A DNA stretch of 64,000 nt from Acidobacteriota bacterium. GTDB lineage: Bacteria; Acidobacteriota; UBA890; WLXD01. The notes beneath the pieces were generated by a model, which worked only from the letters and a program-made list of their open reading frames with translations, did not search any database and had not been told where the DNA came from. The position numbers and the translations under genes were made by a program. Position 1 is the stretch's first letter. Each line of letters opens with the position of its first letter. Shown in pieces: positions 28,894-39,292 of this stretch. The stretch lies in the NCBI GenBank assembly GCA_963666215.2, contig CAXWPL010000005.1:512001-576000 (forward strand), in the 5' to 3' direction.

Positions 28894-29478
28894 CTCGGCC
28901 CAACCGCGCCCACGCAGCGTGGCGCCGGGATCAGTCGCGCGTCAGCCCGCGGTACACCAATCGCATGAACCGCTCGTTGTCGATGACGGTCGAGCGCGGC
29001 CAGCCAGACCTTCGGCTGATCTGCCAGGCCGTCAGTCGCCGCCGACGTAGCTTGTCGATCTGCCTCACAACTCCAGCGCTTGTTGCGTGCGGACAGCACG
29101 TCGGCCGGCTTGATCGATCGAGCAGCCCGGCCTCACCTTCTCGCTCGTATCTATCCAGCCACTTGTAAACCGTTCGGCCGACACGCCGAGCGCCGCCGCC
29201 GTTTCCGTCACGGGCTCCGCCCGCTCCCGGCTCGGCGGACCATCTCTCGGCGTATATACGGCATCGTGCGGGCGTTACCATGCAGCTGCATCGGGCGCTC
29301 CTTCTGAGGTCGTGGAGTCTTTTGAACAACCCCATTGATCTCAGAAGTGAGTCGATGTGAACAACCTACTTAGAAAACACACCTAGCTCGGCCCAACCGC
29401 GCCCACGCAGCGTGGCGCCGGGATCAGTCGCGCGTCAACCGCGGTACACCAATCGCATGAACCGCTCGTTGTCGATGA
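28889..29478. repeat. About 98-bp direct repeat (28889-28986 and 29382-29478) around an IS481 fragment
   Basis: Near-identical copies, both starting at CCTAGC. Confidence 0.9.
28987..29381 (-). mobile_element. IS481 5' fragment, near-identical to 53718-54116
   Basis: Same IR and RTVYKWLDRYEREGEAGLLDRSSRP coding sequence, with small indels. Confidence 0.88.
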
Positions 29479-30412
29479 AGCCGCCCTCCGGCCAGCCCCA
29501 ATCGGAGTGCAACTCGGCGAAGGGATCCGCTGCCACGACCTCGTCTTCCGACTTGCCGTCGTCGATCATCGACTGAACGCGCTCGCGCGCCGTAACCAGC
29601 ATGTCGTGGTACGCGCTGAGGCCGGCGCTATCGCTGAGGTCGCCGTGCCCGGGAATAATCTTCGTCGCCTCGTCCGTGTGAGCGAGGACGGTCGCGGCTG
29701 CCGCGATCATTCCGTTGATCGAGCCGCCACTGTCGACATCGATGAACGGATACAGCCCGGCGAAGTAATTGTCGCCCATGTGCACGACATTGGCCTCGGT
29801 GAACATCACAATCGAGTCGCCGTCGGTGTGCCCCGGCTCGGTGTGAAAGACGTGGATCTTGTCGCCGTTCCAGTAGAAGTTGACGGCGTCGGTGAAGGTC
29901 ACCACGGGCAGTGCGTCGGGCGGCGCCTGGTTGCTGTTGCCGACGATGTCGCGGAACTCCTCCGGATTCATCCGCGCGCGAACGTTCTCGTGCGCCACGA
30001 TCATGGCTCCGGCCTTGCCCAGGTTCTCGTTGCCGCCGGTGTGGTCACCGTGCCAGTGCGTGTTCACGACGAACTTCACCGGCTGGTCGGTAACCGCGGC
30101 GATGGCGGCGAGGATCTTCTCGGTGAGCGGCGCGAACTTGTCGTCGATGACGAAGGCACCGTCGTCGCCAACAGAAACGCCGACGTTGCCGCCGGGTCCC
30201 ACGAGCATGTAGATACCGTCGGTCACCTGTACGGTCGTGATCTCCTCTTCCTGGGAAGGCCGTGACACGGCTCCAGCGGCTACGGGAGCCAGTCCGGCAA
30301 CGGCGAAGATTCCGCAGACCGCGAGGGCGACGGTGAGTGGCACCGTTATGCGCGGCGGGGAGTCTGGGGTTCTGTTCGAGCAGCGGCGAGCAAGCGCGGG
30401 CATGTGGGTCAC
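29435..30412 (-). CDS. MBL-fold metallo-hydrolase (cyclase-like), exported
   Basis: NTHWHGDHTGGN, GHTDGD, HMGD, IPGHG. Confidence 0.9.
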   Translation of the reverse strand: MTHMPALARRCSNRTPDSPPRITVPLTVALAVCGIFAVAGLAPVAAGAVSRPSQEEEITTVQVTDGIYMLVGPGGNVGVSVGDDGAFVIDDKFAPLTEKILAAIAAVTDQPVKFVVNTHWHGDHTGGNENLGKAGAMIVAHENVRARMNPEEFRDIVGNSNQAPPDALPVVTFTDAVNFYWNGDKIHVFHTEPGHTDGDSIVMFTEANVVHMGDNYFAGLYPFIDVDSGGSINGMIAAAATVLAHTDEATKIIPGHGDLSDSAGLSAYHDMLVTARERVQSMIDDGKSEDEVVAADPFAELHSDWGWPEGGFIDNERFMRLVYRG

Positions 30413-30514
30413 TCCGTAGACAAGGCCAGGGCCCGGAAGGTTCTGATCGCCCGCAAGGATACACGGGGCGCTTCAGCCGGCGGCCGCCACCCGTTTAACC
30501 GCGGTGGAGGGAAG

Positions 30515-30582
30515 AGGAGCGACGAGAAGCGACGGCGAGCGACGGGAGCGACGGGAGCGAGGAGAGCGACGGGGAGCGATGG
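30515..30582. repeat. Degenerate 9-10 bp tandem repeat (GAGCGACGG), about 7 units, intergenic
   Basis: gagcgacgagaagcgacggcgagcgacgggagcgacgggagcgaggagagcgacggggagcgat. Confidence 0.7.
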
Positions 30583-30622
30583 AGGTCGATGGGCTCGCGT
30601 CGAGATGTCGCGCCAGCGTGCC

Positions 30623-31348
30623 TTACCGCTGGCACGCGGCGAGCTGCAGCACCAGCAGCCGGCCGGCCCAAACGATTGCCCCCAGCATCATGGCGAAGCC
30701 CGCCCAGTGAACCGACAGCGCGATGGTGTGATCCCACGCGAGCAAGCCGGTCCAGCCGAGCAGGTTGTGCCAGTCGTGGTAGCCGGGGGCGTCCTGTCCA
30801 ATCACGCCGCCGAGCAGCGGCAGCACCTGCTCGCTTGCATCGTTGATGTAGGGCGCCAGGCCGAGCATGGCCTCGCCGCTCCACCACAACATCATCGCGG
30901 CGGCGAAGGCGTCGAGATGAGGGCCCAGGAACGCGGCCAGGCAGGCGAGTGGTATCAGCACCTCGAAAGCAGAGCCCCCGAGGACACCGATGAACCGACC
31001 GAAGATTCCGCTGATCCAGTGGCCAGCCTCGCGAAAGATGAGGTTGATGCCGTGGATAAAGTTGAACAGATCGCCGCGCGGCTGCAGGCCGTCGACGGAA
31101 TAGGCGGCGAAGCTGACGCTACAGACGAGCAACCAGAACACGACGCCGGTACGCAGCGCCACGCCTGGCAACGAGACTCCCGACGGAACGTGCATCGCCC
31201 TGCGGCCGAACTCCGCGACCAGACGGTCGGCGCCGGGAAGACCGACCCAAAACGACGGAGGCGCGGCGATCTCGTCTCCGTCGCCGGAGCGTGAGCGAAC
31301 CGCGGTATCAGGAGAGGCATAGGCCCGGGTGTAGCTACCCATACCCAC
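30623..31348 (-). CDS. Integral membrane protein, M50-like motif degenerate (start uncertain)
   Basis: HGINLIFREAGH, APYINDA, HDWHNLL; several TM helices. Confidence 0.65.
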   Translation of the reverse strand: MGMGSYTRAYASPDTAVRSRSGDGDEIAAPPSFWVGLPGADRLVAEFGRRAMHVPSGVSLPGVALRTGVVFWLLVCSVSFAAYSVDGLQPRGDLFNFIHGINLIFREAGHWISGIFGRFIGVLGGSAFEVLIPLACLAAFLGPHLDAFAAAMMLWWSGEAMLGLAPYINDASEQVLPLLGGVIGQDAPGYHDWHNLLGWTGLLAWDHTIALSVHWAGFAMMLGAIVWAGRLLVLQLAACQR

Positions 31349-31444
31349 GAGCTTAGCGAGCCGAAAGGCGCAGTCCCTAGCCGCTTCTGCCGACGCCCGA
31401 AATTCGACTGCCAGGGCAAGCCACAGCGTTGACGAGTTGGCTGG

Positions 31445-31966
31445 TTACTCGACCGTGATGGTGATGGCCTCGCTGAACCCTGGCCCATCGAGCGTGCGGT
31501 GCTCGCCGTCGCCAACCTGCACACAAAAACGATGCTCGCCGGGCTCGAGCGGCACTTCGATCTCGTTCGAGCCGTCACCGAAGTGGATCCAAGGGGCCGC
31601 AGAGGGAATCACGATCCCCGGCTCGAGGCAGTCACCGTCGACAGCAACGTGGAAGTGACCGGCGCCTGTGTGGATAGCCCCGTCGCCAACCGGCTCCACC
31701 ATGAAGTTCTCGCTACCGAAGGTGAACGTCACGGGGCTGCTGACGGTGCTGCCGTCGAGCGGCTGGACGAAGAACACCCGCGGCTCGCCCATCGTCGGCT
31801 CGGGCTCTTCCGCTTCCGGCTCCGGAGCCTCCTCCGGCGTACGTGCACAGGCCGGCGCATGCGCCACCATCGCCGCCAGCAGCACACACGTTGCCGCTCG
31901 CGCGAGCGCCGGAGATGCAAAATTCCACAGCCTAGGGTCGATTGTCATCATGTCCATCCTTGGCAA
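31445..31966 (-). CDS. DUF4399-domain exported protein
   Basis: VFFVQPLDGSTVSSPV, GHFHVAVD, IHFGDG, LEPGEH..GDGEH. Confidence 0.85.
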   Translation of the reverse strand: MPRMDMMTIDPRLWNFASPALARAATCVLLAAMVAHAPACARTPEEAPEPEAEEPEPTMGEPRVFFVQPLDGSTVSSPVTFTFGSENFMVEPVGDGAIHTGAGHFHVAVDGDCLEPGIVIPSAAPWIHFGDGSNEIEVPLEPGEHRFCVQVGDGEHRTLDGPGFSEAITITVE

Positions 31967-31979
31967 GCCGCGATGGCTC

Positions 31980-32690
31980 TCAATCGGCGCGGCGGGCGTC
32001 CGCCCGCAGATTGATCATCTCGACGAACACCGAGAAACCCATCGCGAAGTAGATGTATCCCTTGGGGATGTGCTGCCCAACGCCGTCGGCGACCAGCGAC
32101 ATCCCAATCAACAGCAAGAAAGCCAGCGCCAGCACCTTCACGGTGGGCTGGCGTTGCACGAAGTCGCCGATCGACTTGGCCGACACCATCATCACACCTA
32201 CGGCCAGCATCACGGCTGCCACCATCACGGCGATATCGTCGGCCATGCCCACGGCCGTAATCACCGAGTCTAGCGAGAACACGATGTCGAGCACCAGAAT
32301 CTGCGCGATCACGGCAGTCATCGTGGACACCGTGCGCGCGCCCGGGTCGCGATCGTGCTGCCCGAGCTCCTCGTGGATGTCGTACGTCGCCTTGGCGAGC
32401 AGAAACAGCCCACCGCCGAGCAGAATCAGGTCGCGGCCCGACACCTCGTGATCGCCCACGGAAAACAGCGGCGCCGTGAGCCCGATGAGCCAGGCAATCG
32501 ACATCAGCAGCGCTACCCTCATGAGCATCGCGACCGCGAGCCCGAGCATGCGAGCTTTGCTCTGCTGCTCCGGCGGCAACTTGCCGGCGAGCACGGCGAT
32601 GAAGATGACGTTGTCGACGCCAAGAACAATCTCGAGCGCCGTGAGGGTGCCCAGCGCGATCCAGATCTGAGGGTCGGTCAGCCAAGTCAT
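31980..32690 (-). CDS. TerC-family membrane protein
   Basis: LEIVLGVDN, DIVFSLDSVITAVG, IPKGYIYFAMGFS. Confidence 0.93.
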   Translation of the reverse strand: MTWLTDPQIWIALGTLTALEIVLGVDNVIFIAVLAGKLPPEQQSKARMLGLAVAMLMRVALLMSIAWLIGLTAPLFSVGDHEVSGRDLILLGGGLFLLAKATYDIHEELGQHDRDPGARTVSTMTAVIAQILVLDIVFSLDSVITAVGMADDIAVMVAAVMLAVGVMMVSAKSIGDFVQRQPTVKVLALAFLLLIGMSLVADGVGQHIPKGYIYFAMGFSVFVEMINLRADARRAD

Positions 32691-32803
32691 TCATCGTCGC
32701 GCGCTGTCGAACGCGCCCCATTTCGGTCCAAGATCGACCCGAATTCGATTCGATGTCGATGCGATTTCGTCCGCGTTCTACTCGGTTGGCGGGCGCGGCG
32801 AAG

Positions 32804-35083
32804 CTACCACATTTCTCGAATTTTGGAGGCGACGTCTACAACCTGAGAAGGTGCGGCGACCTCCGCAACAGACGGCGCAGCACCCACAACCGGCGATCTC
32901 GCGGGCGCCGGCGCGCGGCGCGAAACCAGGTCGAAGCACTGCGTCACAGGATCCCCCAGAAACCGCGAGCGCGGCGCATATAGATGCCGGTCGCCAAGCG
33001 GGCGCTGCTCGGTCACGTAGAAACGCAGCGGCTGAATCAGATGCAGCTCGTTGCGGGCGCGTGTCATGGCTACGTAGAGCAGCCGGCGCTCCTCCTCCAC
33101 CTGTGAGGCGTTGGCGACGGCCATGTCGGAGGGAATGCAGCCGTCCACCACGTTGAGCACGTGGACGCTGTGCCACTCCTGGCCCTTGGCCGAATGAATC
33201 GTCGACAGAATCAAATAGTCCTCGTCGAGGTGCGTGTCGGCGGCCCAGTCGCCGGTGGCTCCCGGAGGATCGAGCGTCAGCTCGGCGAGAAACCGCGCGC
33301 GGGTCGAGTAGCCGGCGGCAACACGTTCGATTTGCTCCAGGTCGCCGGCGCGTAGAACCGCCTGCTCGGCCGGAAACAGGCGCTCGAGCTGTTCCTCGTA
33401 CCAGCCACGAAGCCGCCGCACGTCGTCGGGCCAGGCGGCATCCTGAGCGACGGCGAGATCGGTCAGCAGGGCGGCAAACTCGGGCCAGCGAGCGAGCGGG
33501 TGCTCGACCACGGGTCCCCCCGGAGCGCTCGATGCGGCGCCCCCCGTTGAACCCGACCCGATCGCGCCCAGCCCTCCCATCTGCTCAATCTGTTGCTGCA
33601 CGCGCCGGGCTCCACGCGGCCCTACCTCGGGCAGCAGCTGCAGCGCGCGGAACGAGGCCAGGCCATCGAGCGGGTTCTCTAGCCAACGAAGCAGGCACAG
33701 CAGGTCCTTGACGTGCGCCGCCTCGAGGAACCGCAGCCCACCGTACTTCACGAACGGGATATTCAGTCGCGTGAGCTCGAGCTCGAGCACATCGCTGTGG
33801 TGCGCGGTGCGGAACAGCACCGCCTGGCGGCGTAGATCCACGCCCGACTCTCGCGCTGCCAGAACACGATCGGCAACGTAGGCCGCCTGTGCGGCATCGT
33901 CCTCCACCTCGACGAGGCGCGGTAGGGCCGACGCCGTGGCCGTGGCCGGGTCTTCCGAGTGCGAGTGCAAGCGCGAGTGCGACCGCAGCTCCTTGACGAT
34001 GCCCTCGGTCGCCTGCCGTGATACCGCGTTGGCGGCATCGAGAATCGGCTGCACCGACCGGTAGTTGTCCTCCAGCTTCACCACAGCGGCCGCTGGATCG
34101 AAGCGTTCGGCAAACGTCAGGATGTTGCGAACGCTCGAGCCGCGGAATGAATAGATCGCCTGAGCGTCGTCGCCGACCACCGTGATGCCGTCGCGACGCG
34201 GCCGCAGCGCCATGAGGATCTCGGCCTGCAGAGCGTTGGTGTCCTGGTACTCGTCCACGAGAACGTGATCGAAAAGGTCCGCAATTCGCGCCACGGCCGC
34301 CGGCTGTTCCATCAAGTGCGCCCAGTAAAGAAGCAGGTCGTCGTAGTCGAGCACGCAGCGTCGCTGCTTGGCCTCGACGTAGGCACGGAACAGCCGGCGC
34401 AGTGCCGGCTCGTGGTCGGCGCACCAGGGATAAGCCTCATCCAGACAGGCATCGAGCGACAGCCGCGCGTTGACGCAGCGCGAATAGATCGACAGACAGG
34501 TCCCCTTACGCGGCACCCGGCGACGTTGATTGGCGAGCCCGAGGCGCTGGCGCTCGAGATCCATCAGATCCTCGGCATCACCGCGATCGAGCACGGTGAA
34601 GGTGGGCACCAAGCCGATGGCGCCGCCGAAGTGTCGCAGCAAGCGAGCGCCCACCGAATGGAACGTGCCCGACCACGGCAGGTAGGCGTCGGCGGGCACG
34701 CTGCCGGTACGCACCACGCTCCCGAGACGCTGGCCCGCGGAGGCGGTCGAGCTTGGCCCGCCAGAGCCGGCAACGCCACTCAGCGCCAGGATCCGACTGG
34801 CGCGACGGCCCATCTCTCGCGCCGCCCGGCGGGTGAACGTCAGCAGCAGCAACCGACGCGGATCGAGGCCGTAGCGCGCCAGCTCGGCGGCGCGATGCGC
34901 AAGGGTCAGCGTCTTGCCGGTACCGGCGCCCGCGAGTATCAGCAGAGGGTCGACGCGGCGCACATCACCCCCGGAGCCCAGGCCGTAGGTGGCGGCGCGC
35001 AGCTGCGAGGCGTTGAGGCGCGCTGTCGCCCTGGAGGCGGAGGCGGATGACAGCGAGCTCATGGTGGGTCGATCGTACACCAC
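32804..35083 (-). CDS. UvrD/REP-family ATP-dependent helicase
   Basis: AGAGTGKT, VDEYQDTN, VGDDAQAIYSFRG, NYRS, STIHSAKGQEW, EERRLLYVAMTRA. Confidence 0.93.
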   Translation of the reverse strand: MVYDRPTMSSLSSASASRATARLNASQLRAATYGLGSGGDVRRVDPLLILAGAGTGKTLTLAHRAAELARYGLDPRRLLLLTFTRRAAREMGRRASRILALSGVAGSGGPSSTASAGQRLGSVVRTGSVPADAYLPWSGTFHSVGARLLRHFGGAIGLVPTFTVLDRGDAEDLMDLERQRLGLANQRRRVPRKGTCLSIYSRCVNARLSLDACLDEAYPWCADHEPALRRLFRAYVEAKQRRCVLDYDDLLLYWAHLMEQPAAVARIADLFDHVLVDEYQDTNALQAEILMALRPRRDGITVVGDDAQAIYSFRGSSVRNILTFAERFDPAAAVVKLEDNYRSVQPILDAANAVSRQATEGIVKELRSHSRLHSHSEDPATATASALPRLVEVEDDAAQAAYVADRVLAARESGVDLRRQAVLFRTAHHSDVLELELTRLNIPFVKYGGLRFLEAAHVKDLLCLLRWLENPLDGLASFRALQLLPEVGPRGARRVQQQIEQMGGLGAIGSGSTGGAASSAPGGPVVEHPLARWPEFAALLTDLAVAQDAAWPDDVRRLRGWYEEQLERLFPAEQAVLRAGDLEQIERVAAGYSTRARFLAELTLDPPGATGDWAADTHLDEDYLILSTIHSAKGQEWHSVHVLNVVDGCIPSDMAVANASQVEEERRLLYVAMTRARNELHLIQPLRFYVTEQRPLGDRHLYAPRSRFLGDPVTQCFDLVSRRAPAPARSPVVGAAPSVAEVAAPSQVVDVASKIREMW

Positions 35084-35118
35084 GCCCTGTTGAGCGCTTG
35101 GAGAGCGGGTGAGAAGCC

Positions 35119-36696
35119 TTGTCGAACGGGATAGAAACGGAGTCTCTCAGCGGCGAGCGCAACTCCTTCCTGATTGGTACCGTTCTGTTCTGCCAAGGCT
35201 TCGACTTCGATCGTCGGCAGCGCGGCTTGTGGCTCGTCCGTGGGCGGAGCTTGGCCAGCTCAGTGGAGCCTGGCCAGTTTCATAGGGTTGTTTACGTATG
35301 TTCAGCGGCAGCTCGAGTGTCTCCGACTACTGAACACGCAGGCGCGCGCGATGCCACCCTCGGCGATGTTGTCGAGATCTGGTGGCCGCTATCTGCCAGC
35401 TGGCTGCTGATGGCTCTCGAGGTGCCACTCGTCAGCGCCATGATGGCGCGCCTCGCCGACCCCACCGTGCAGCTGGCGGCGTTCGGCGGCCTCGTTTTCC
35501 CGCTCATGATGATCATCGAGTCCCCGGTGATCATGCTGCTGGCGGCGTCGACAGCGCTGGCGCGCACACGCACCTCGTACTCGCGGCTCCTCGGCTACGC
35601 CAATCGGCTGGCCGCCATCTTGACGGTGCTGCACCTGCTGCTGACGCTCACGCCGGCCTACCACTGGATCGCTCGGGAAGTCATCGGAGCACCGGAAGCC
35701 ATTATTGGTCCGGCGCGCTGGGCGCTTGTTGTTGTGGTGCCCTGGACTTGGGCAATTGCCTACCGGCGGTTCAACCAAGGGGTACTCATCCGCCTTGGAC
35801 AAACGCGTACTATCGGCGCCGGAACTCTGGTGCGGCTGCTCTCGCAGCTCGCGGTAATTCTGCTGATCTTGGGACAACGCGAAATCTTGACCCGACTGGG
35901 AATTGCCGGCGTCGTTGCCGGTACATCGGTCATCATCGTCGGCGTCCTCTCCGAGGCGTTTTTCATTCATATCCGCACGCGGCCGCGCCTCGATTCGCTG
36001 GCCACGACCGGAGACGACGAGCGCGCCCTGGGCGGACGCGCTTTCGCGCGCTTCTATGTGCCGCTCGCGCTCACCTCGTTGATCGGGCTGCTGGCGCCAC
36101 CGGTCGGTGCCGCCGCGATGAGCCGCATGCCGATGACAATGGAGTCGCTGGCAATCTGGCCGATCGTCTTCGGTTTGGTGTTCCTGCTTCGCAGCTCGGC
36201 GGTGGCCTACAAGGAAGTGGTGGTGGCGATGCTCGAGCGACCCAACGGCCACGAGCCGCTGCGCCGTTTCGCGCTGATCCTCTCGGGCTGCACGTTCGCG
36301 ATCACGCTTGCCGTCATTGCCTCGCCACTGGGGCGTATCTGGTTCGAGCGGCTGTCTGGACTCGAGCCTCGACTGGCCGCGTTCGCCACCACCGCCCTGG
36401 CTTTCGGAGCATTGATGCCGGTCGTTGGTGTAGCGCAGAACTACTTCGTCGGCTACCTGGTGCATTCGCGCCAGACCCGTCGCATCACCGAGTCGATGGT
36501 CATCTACCTCGCGACTTGCGGCGGCCTGCTGTTCGTTGGCGCGAGCTGGGACGGTGCTCCAGGGGCCTACATGGCGATGATCGCGTTCACGATCGCGAAC
36601 TTGGCCCAAATTGGCTGGGTGTGGCGCCACTCGCACCCAGGGCTAACGGCCATGCGGAACGCGCCCGAGAAGGCGCGCGAGCCGGTGCTAGAGTAG
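35119..36696 (+). CDS. MATE/MOP-superfamily transporter (real start probably near 35318)
   Basis: About 12 TM helices in two halves; WWPLSASWLLM / FYVPLALTSLI internal repeat. Confidence 0.7.
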   Translation: MSNGIETESLSGERNSFLIGTVLFCQGFDFDRRQRGLWLVRGRSLASSVEPGQFHRVVYVCSAAARVSPTTEHAGARDATLGDVVEIWWPLSASWLLMALEVPLVSAMMARLADPTVQLAAFGGLVFPLMMIIESPVIMLLAASTALARTRTSYSRLLGYANRLAAILTVLHLLLTLTPAYHWIAREVIGAPEAIIGPARWALVVVVPWTWAIAYRRFNQGVLIRLGQTRTIGAGTLVRLLSQLAVILLILGQREILTRLGIAGVVAGTSVIIVGVLSEAFFIHIRTRPRLDSLATTGDDERALGGRAFARFYVPLALTSLIGLLAPPVGAAAMSRMPMTMESLAIWPIVFGLVFLLRSSAVAYKEVVVAMLERPNGHEPLRRFALILSGCTFAITLAVIASPLGRIWFERLSGLEPRLAAFATTALAFGALMPVVGVAQNYFVGYLVHSRQTRRITESMVIYLATCGGLLFVGASWDGAPGAYMAMIAFTIANLAQIGWVWRHSHPGLTAMRNAPEKAREPVLE

Positions 36697-36783
36697 CGAG
36701 AGTCGCAGCACCGCATTCAGCGCGGTTGGCCGGACGGGCCGAGCGCGCACCCGAAGCGCCCAGAACCTTCGAGCCTGTACACC

Positions 36784-38205
36784 ATGAAGAAGACCCCGTT
36801 TGCTGTTGCCGCGTTGCTTGTCGCCGCGGCTCTCGGCCTCGCCCTGTCAGTGAATGGCACCCGCGCCGCGAGCTCGGCCCACGAAACCGCCGTCATGGCT
36901 GCCGCCGCCACCGAGGCCACCCAGATCGACTCGTCGGAGTCCGCCCACAATTGGCCACAGTGGCGTGGTCCGGGCGGCAACGGCGTGGCGCCTCACGGCG
37001 ACCCGCCTGTTGAGTTCTCCGAGAGCGACAACGTGGCCTGGAAGATCGCGATTCCCGGCACCGGATCGGCCACGCCGATCGTCTGGGGCGATCATCTCTA
37101 CGTGCTGTCGGCGGTTCCGGCCGCCGCGTCGGCGCAAGCCGCCGCCGCTGTCGCTCCTACGGGGCACGGAGGGCGCAACGACGCGCCGGACCGCGCGCAC
37201 CGCTTCACCGTTTCAGCGATCGACCGCATGAGCGGCGAGGTGGCTTGGCAGCAAGTAGCCCGTGAGGAGATGCCGCACGAGAGCAAACACCCCACGGGAA
37301 CCTGGGCGTCGACCTCGGCCGTCACCGACGGCGAGCGCCTCTACGCGTTCTTCGGATCGCGCGGCCTCTTCACCTACAATCTCGACGGCGAGCCGCTGTG
37401 GGAACGCGACCTCGGCGACATGTCGATTCGTCTCGGCTTCGGCGAGGGCGCCTCACCGGCCCTGGCCGACGGCAAGGTCGTGGTCCCCTGGGACCACAAG
37501 GGCGACTCCTTCATCGTCGCTCTCGACGCCGCAACGGGCGATGAGGTGTGGCGACAGCCACGCGACGAGATCACGTCGTGGAGCACGCCGCTGATCGTCC
37601 CCAACCCTCGCAACGGCGGCCACCAGGTTGTTACGGGAGCCACCGGGGCGGTGCGCAGCTACGACCTCGAGACCGGCAAGCTGCTGTGGCACGGCCCCGG
37701 CCTGACGCTGAACCCCATCCCCTCGCCCGTGGCCGGCAACGGCATGGTGTTTCTCACCTCCGGCTTCCGCGGCAACGCCCTGATGGCCGTGCGGCTGGCC
37801 GACGCTGCCGGCGACATCGCGGCCGGCTCGGCGATCGCCTGGCGGCACGACCGTGACACACCCTACGTGCCGTCGCCGCTGCTCTACGACGACGAGCTCT
37901 ACTTCTTGAAGAGCAATAGCGGCGTGCTGACGGCGTTGGATGCCAAGAGCGGCGACCTCCTCTACGGCCCCGTCCGCGTGCCCGGCATCCAGAACGTGTA
38001 CGCCTCACCCACCGCTGCGGCCGGTCGCATCTACATCGCCGACCGCGAAGGCAACATCACCGTCATCGAGCGCGGCGCCGAGCTCAAGGTGTTGGCCACC
38101 AACACGCTCGACGACGGCTTCGACGCATCGCCCGTAATCGTGGACGGCGAGCTCTACCTGCGCGGCCGCACGCACCTGTACAGGATTTCTGCCAAGAGCG
38201 ACTAG
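36784..38205 (+). CDS. PQQ-like beta-propeller repeat protein, exported
   Basis: NWPQWRGP, ALDAATGDEVW, SWSTP, PYVPSP, ASP repeats. Confidence 0.88.
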   Translation: MKKTPFAVAALLVAAALGLALSVNGTRAASSAHETAVMAAAATEATQIDSSESAHNWPQWRGPGGNGVAPHGDPPVEFSESDNVAWKIAIPGTGSATPIVWGDHLYVLSAVPAAASAQAAAAVAPTGHGGRNDAPDRAHRFTVSAIDRMSGEVAWQQVAREEMPHESKHPTGTWASTSAVTDGERLYAFFGSRGLFTYNLDGEPLWERDLGDMSIRLGFGEGASPALADGKVVVPWDHKGDSFIVALDAATGDEVWRQPRDEITSWSTPLIVPNPRNGGHQVVTGATGAVRSYDLETGKLLWHGPGLTLNPIPSPVAGNGMVFLTSGFRGNALMAVRLADAAGDIAAGSAIAWRHDRDTPYVPSPLLYDDELYFLKSNSGVLTALDAKSGDLLYGPVRVPGIQNVYASPTAAAGRIYIADREGNITVIERGAELKVLATNTLDDGFDASPVIVDGELYLRGRTHLYRISAKSD

Positions 38206-38231
38206 AAGACCGGGGGGACGGTACTGAACCG

Positions 38232-39146
38232 CTAGCGTCCCAGGCGGCGCTGGCGCTGATTGTAGGTACGTAGCGCGCGCAGCAGGTCGATCTTGCGGAA
38301 GGCCGGCCAGTTGGTGTCGGAGAAGTAGAACTCCGAGTAGGCGCTCTGCCACAGCAGGAATCCCGACATCCGGACTTCCCCGGAAGTGCGTAGGATCAGG
38401 TCGGGCTCGGGCTGGCCATGAGTGTAGAGATAGGGCTCAATCGAGCTGTCTTCGAAGCTGTCGACCAGCTCCTCGATTGATTTGCCCTCGGAAGCGCGAT
38501 CGCGCAGGTAGCGCCGGAACGCCTGGGTGATCTCCTGGCGGCCGCCGTACGCCATGGCGATATTGAGCTCGAAGGCGTCGTAGTGGCTCGTCGCCGCTTC
38601 GGTGGCGCGAATCGCCTCCTGCAGGCTCTCGGGCAGCAGGTCGACGCGGCCGATGTAGCGCACCTTGACGCGGTTGTCGTGCACGTCGCGATGCGAGCCG
38701 AGCTCGATCGTGCGATCCTCGAAGAGCTTCAGAAGATCCTCGACCTCGGCGGTAGAGCGCTGGAAATTCTCCAGCGAAAAGCTCCATACCGTGACCACAG
38801 GAATACCGATTTCGTAGCACCAGGTCAGCATCTCGCGCAGCTTCTCGGCCCCCATCGTGTGGCCGTACAGCACGCGACGACGTCCGGCGCTGCGCGCGAA
38901 GCGACGGTTCCCGTCCATGATGATGCCGATGTGCTTGGGCAAGTCCCACTCGCCAACGTCTGCCTGCAAGCGACGCTCGTACAGCTGATAGAAGGGTCGC
39001 TTGATCAGATCTTTGGCGTGCCGCCAGACGATCGACAGGCCGTCGGCCAGGCCGCTCCCCCGCTTTTCGGGCAGAACCTCGGGCAACACCGCCGCCGACG
39101 TCTTCGCCTGTTCTACCGCCACGATCACCCCCGCTCTGAGCTCCAC
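38232..39146 (-). CDS. uppS: cis-prenyltransferase (UppS family)
   Basis: HIGIIMDGNRR, FSLENFQR, AYGGR, PDLILRTSGEVRMSGFLLWQ. Confidence 0.88.
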   Translation of the reverse strand: MELRAGVIVAVEQAKTSAAVLPEVLPEKRGSGLADGLSIVWRHAKDLIKRPFYQLYERRLQADVGEWDLPKHIGIIMDGNRRFARSAGRRRVLYGHTMGAEKLREMLTWCYEIGIPVVTVWSFSLENFQRSTAEVEDLLKLFEDRTIELGSHRDVHDNRVKVRYIGRVDLLPESLQEAIRATEAATSHYDAFELNIAMAYGGRQEITQAFRRYLRDRASEGKSIEELVDSFEDSSIEPYLYTHGQPEPDLILRTSGEVRMSGFLLWQSAYSEFYFSDTNWPAFRKIDLLRALRTYNQRQRRLGR

Positions 39147-39292
39147 CCCCCGATGGCGTGGAAGAGTCTATGTCGTAGCGAGCGCTCAGTCATGACGATT
39201 CGGCAACGGGCCCGCAACCACCACTGCGCTCTCTGGACCGTTCACGCAGCCGTCGCGGCGCCTTCAACAGCCGCGCGGCGGGCCAGCGCGCC

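Noticed and set aside
28889-29478. CRISPR array or att pair
   Set aside because: Only two copies, made of coding and intergenic sequence, with an IS fragment between them and no cas genes
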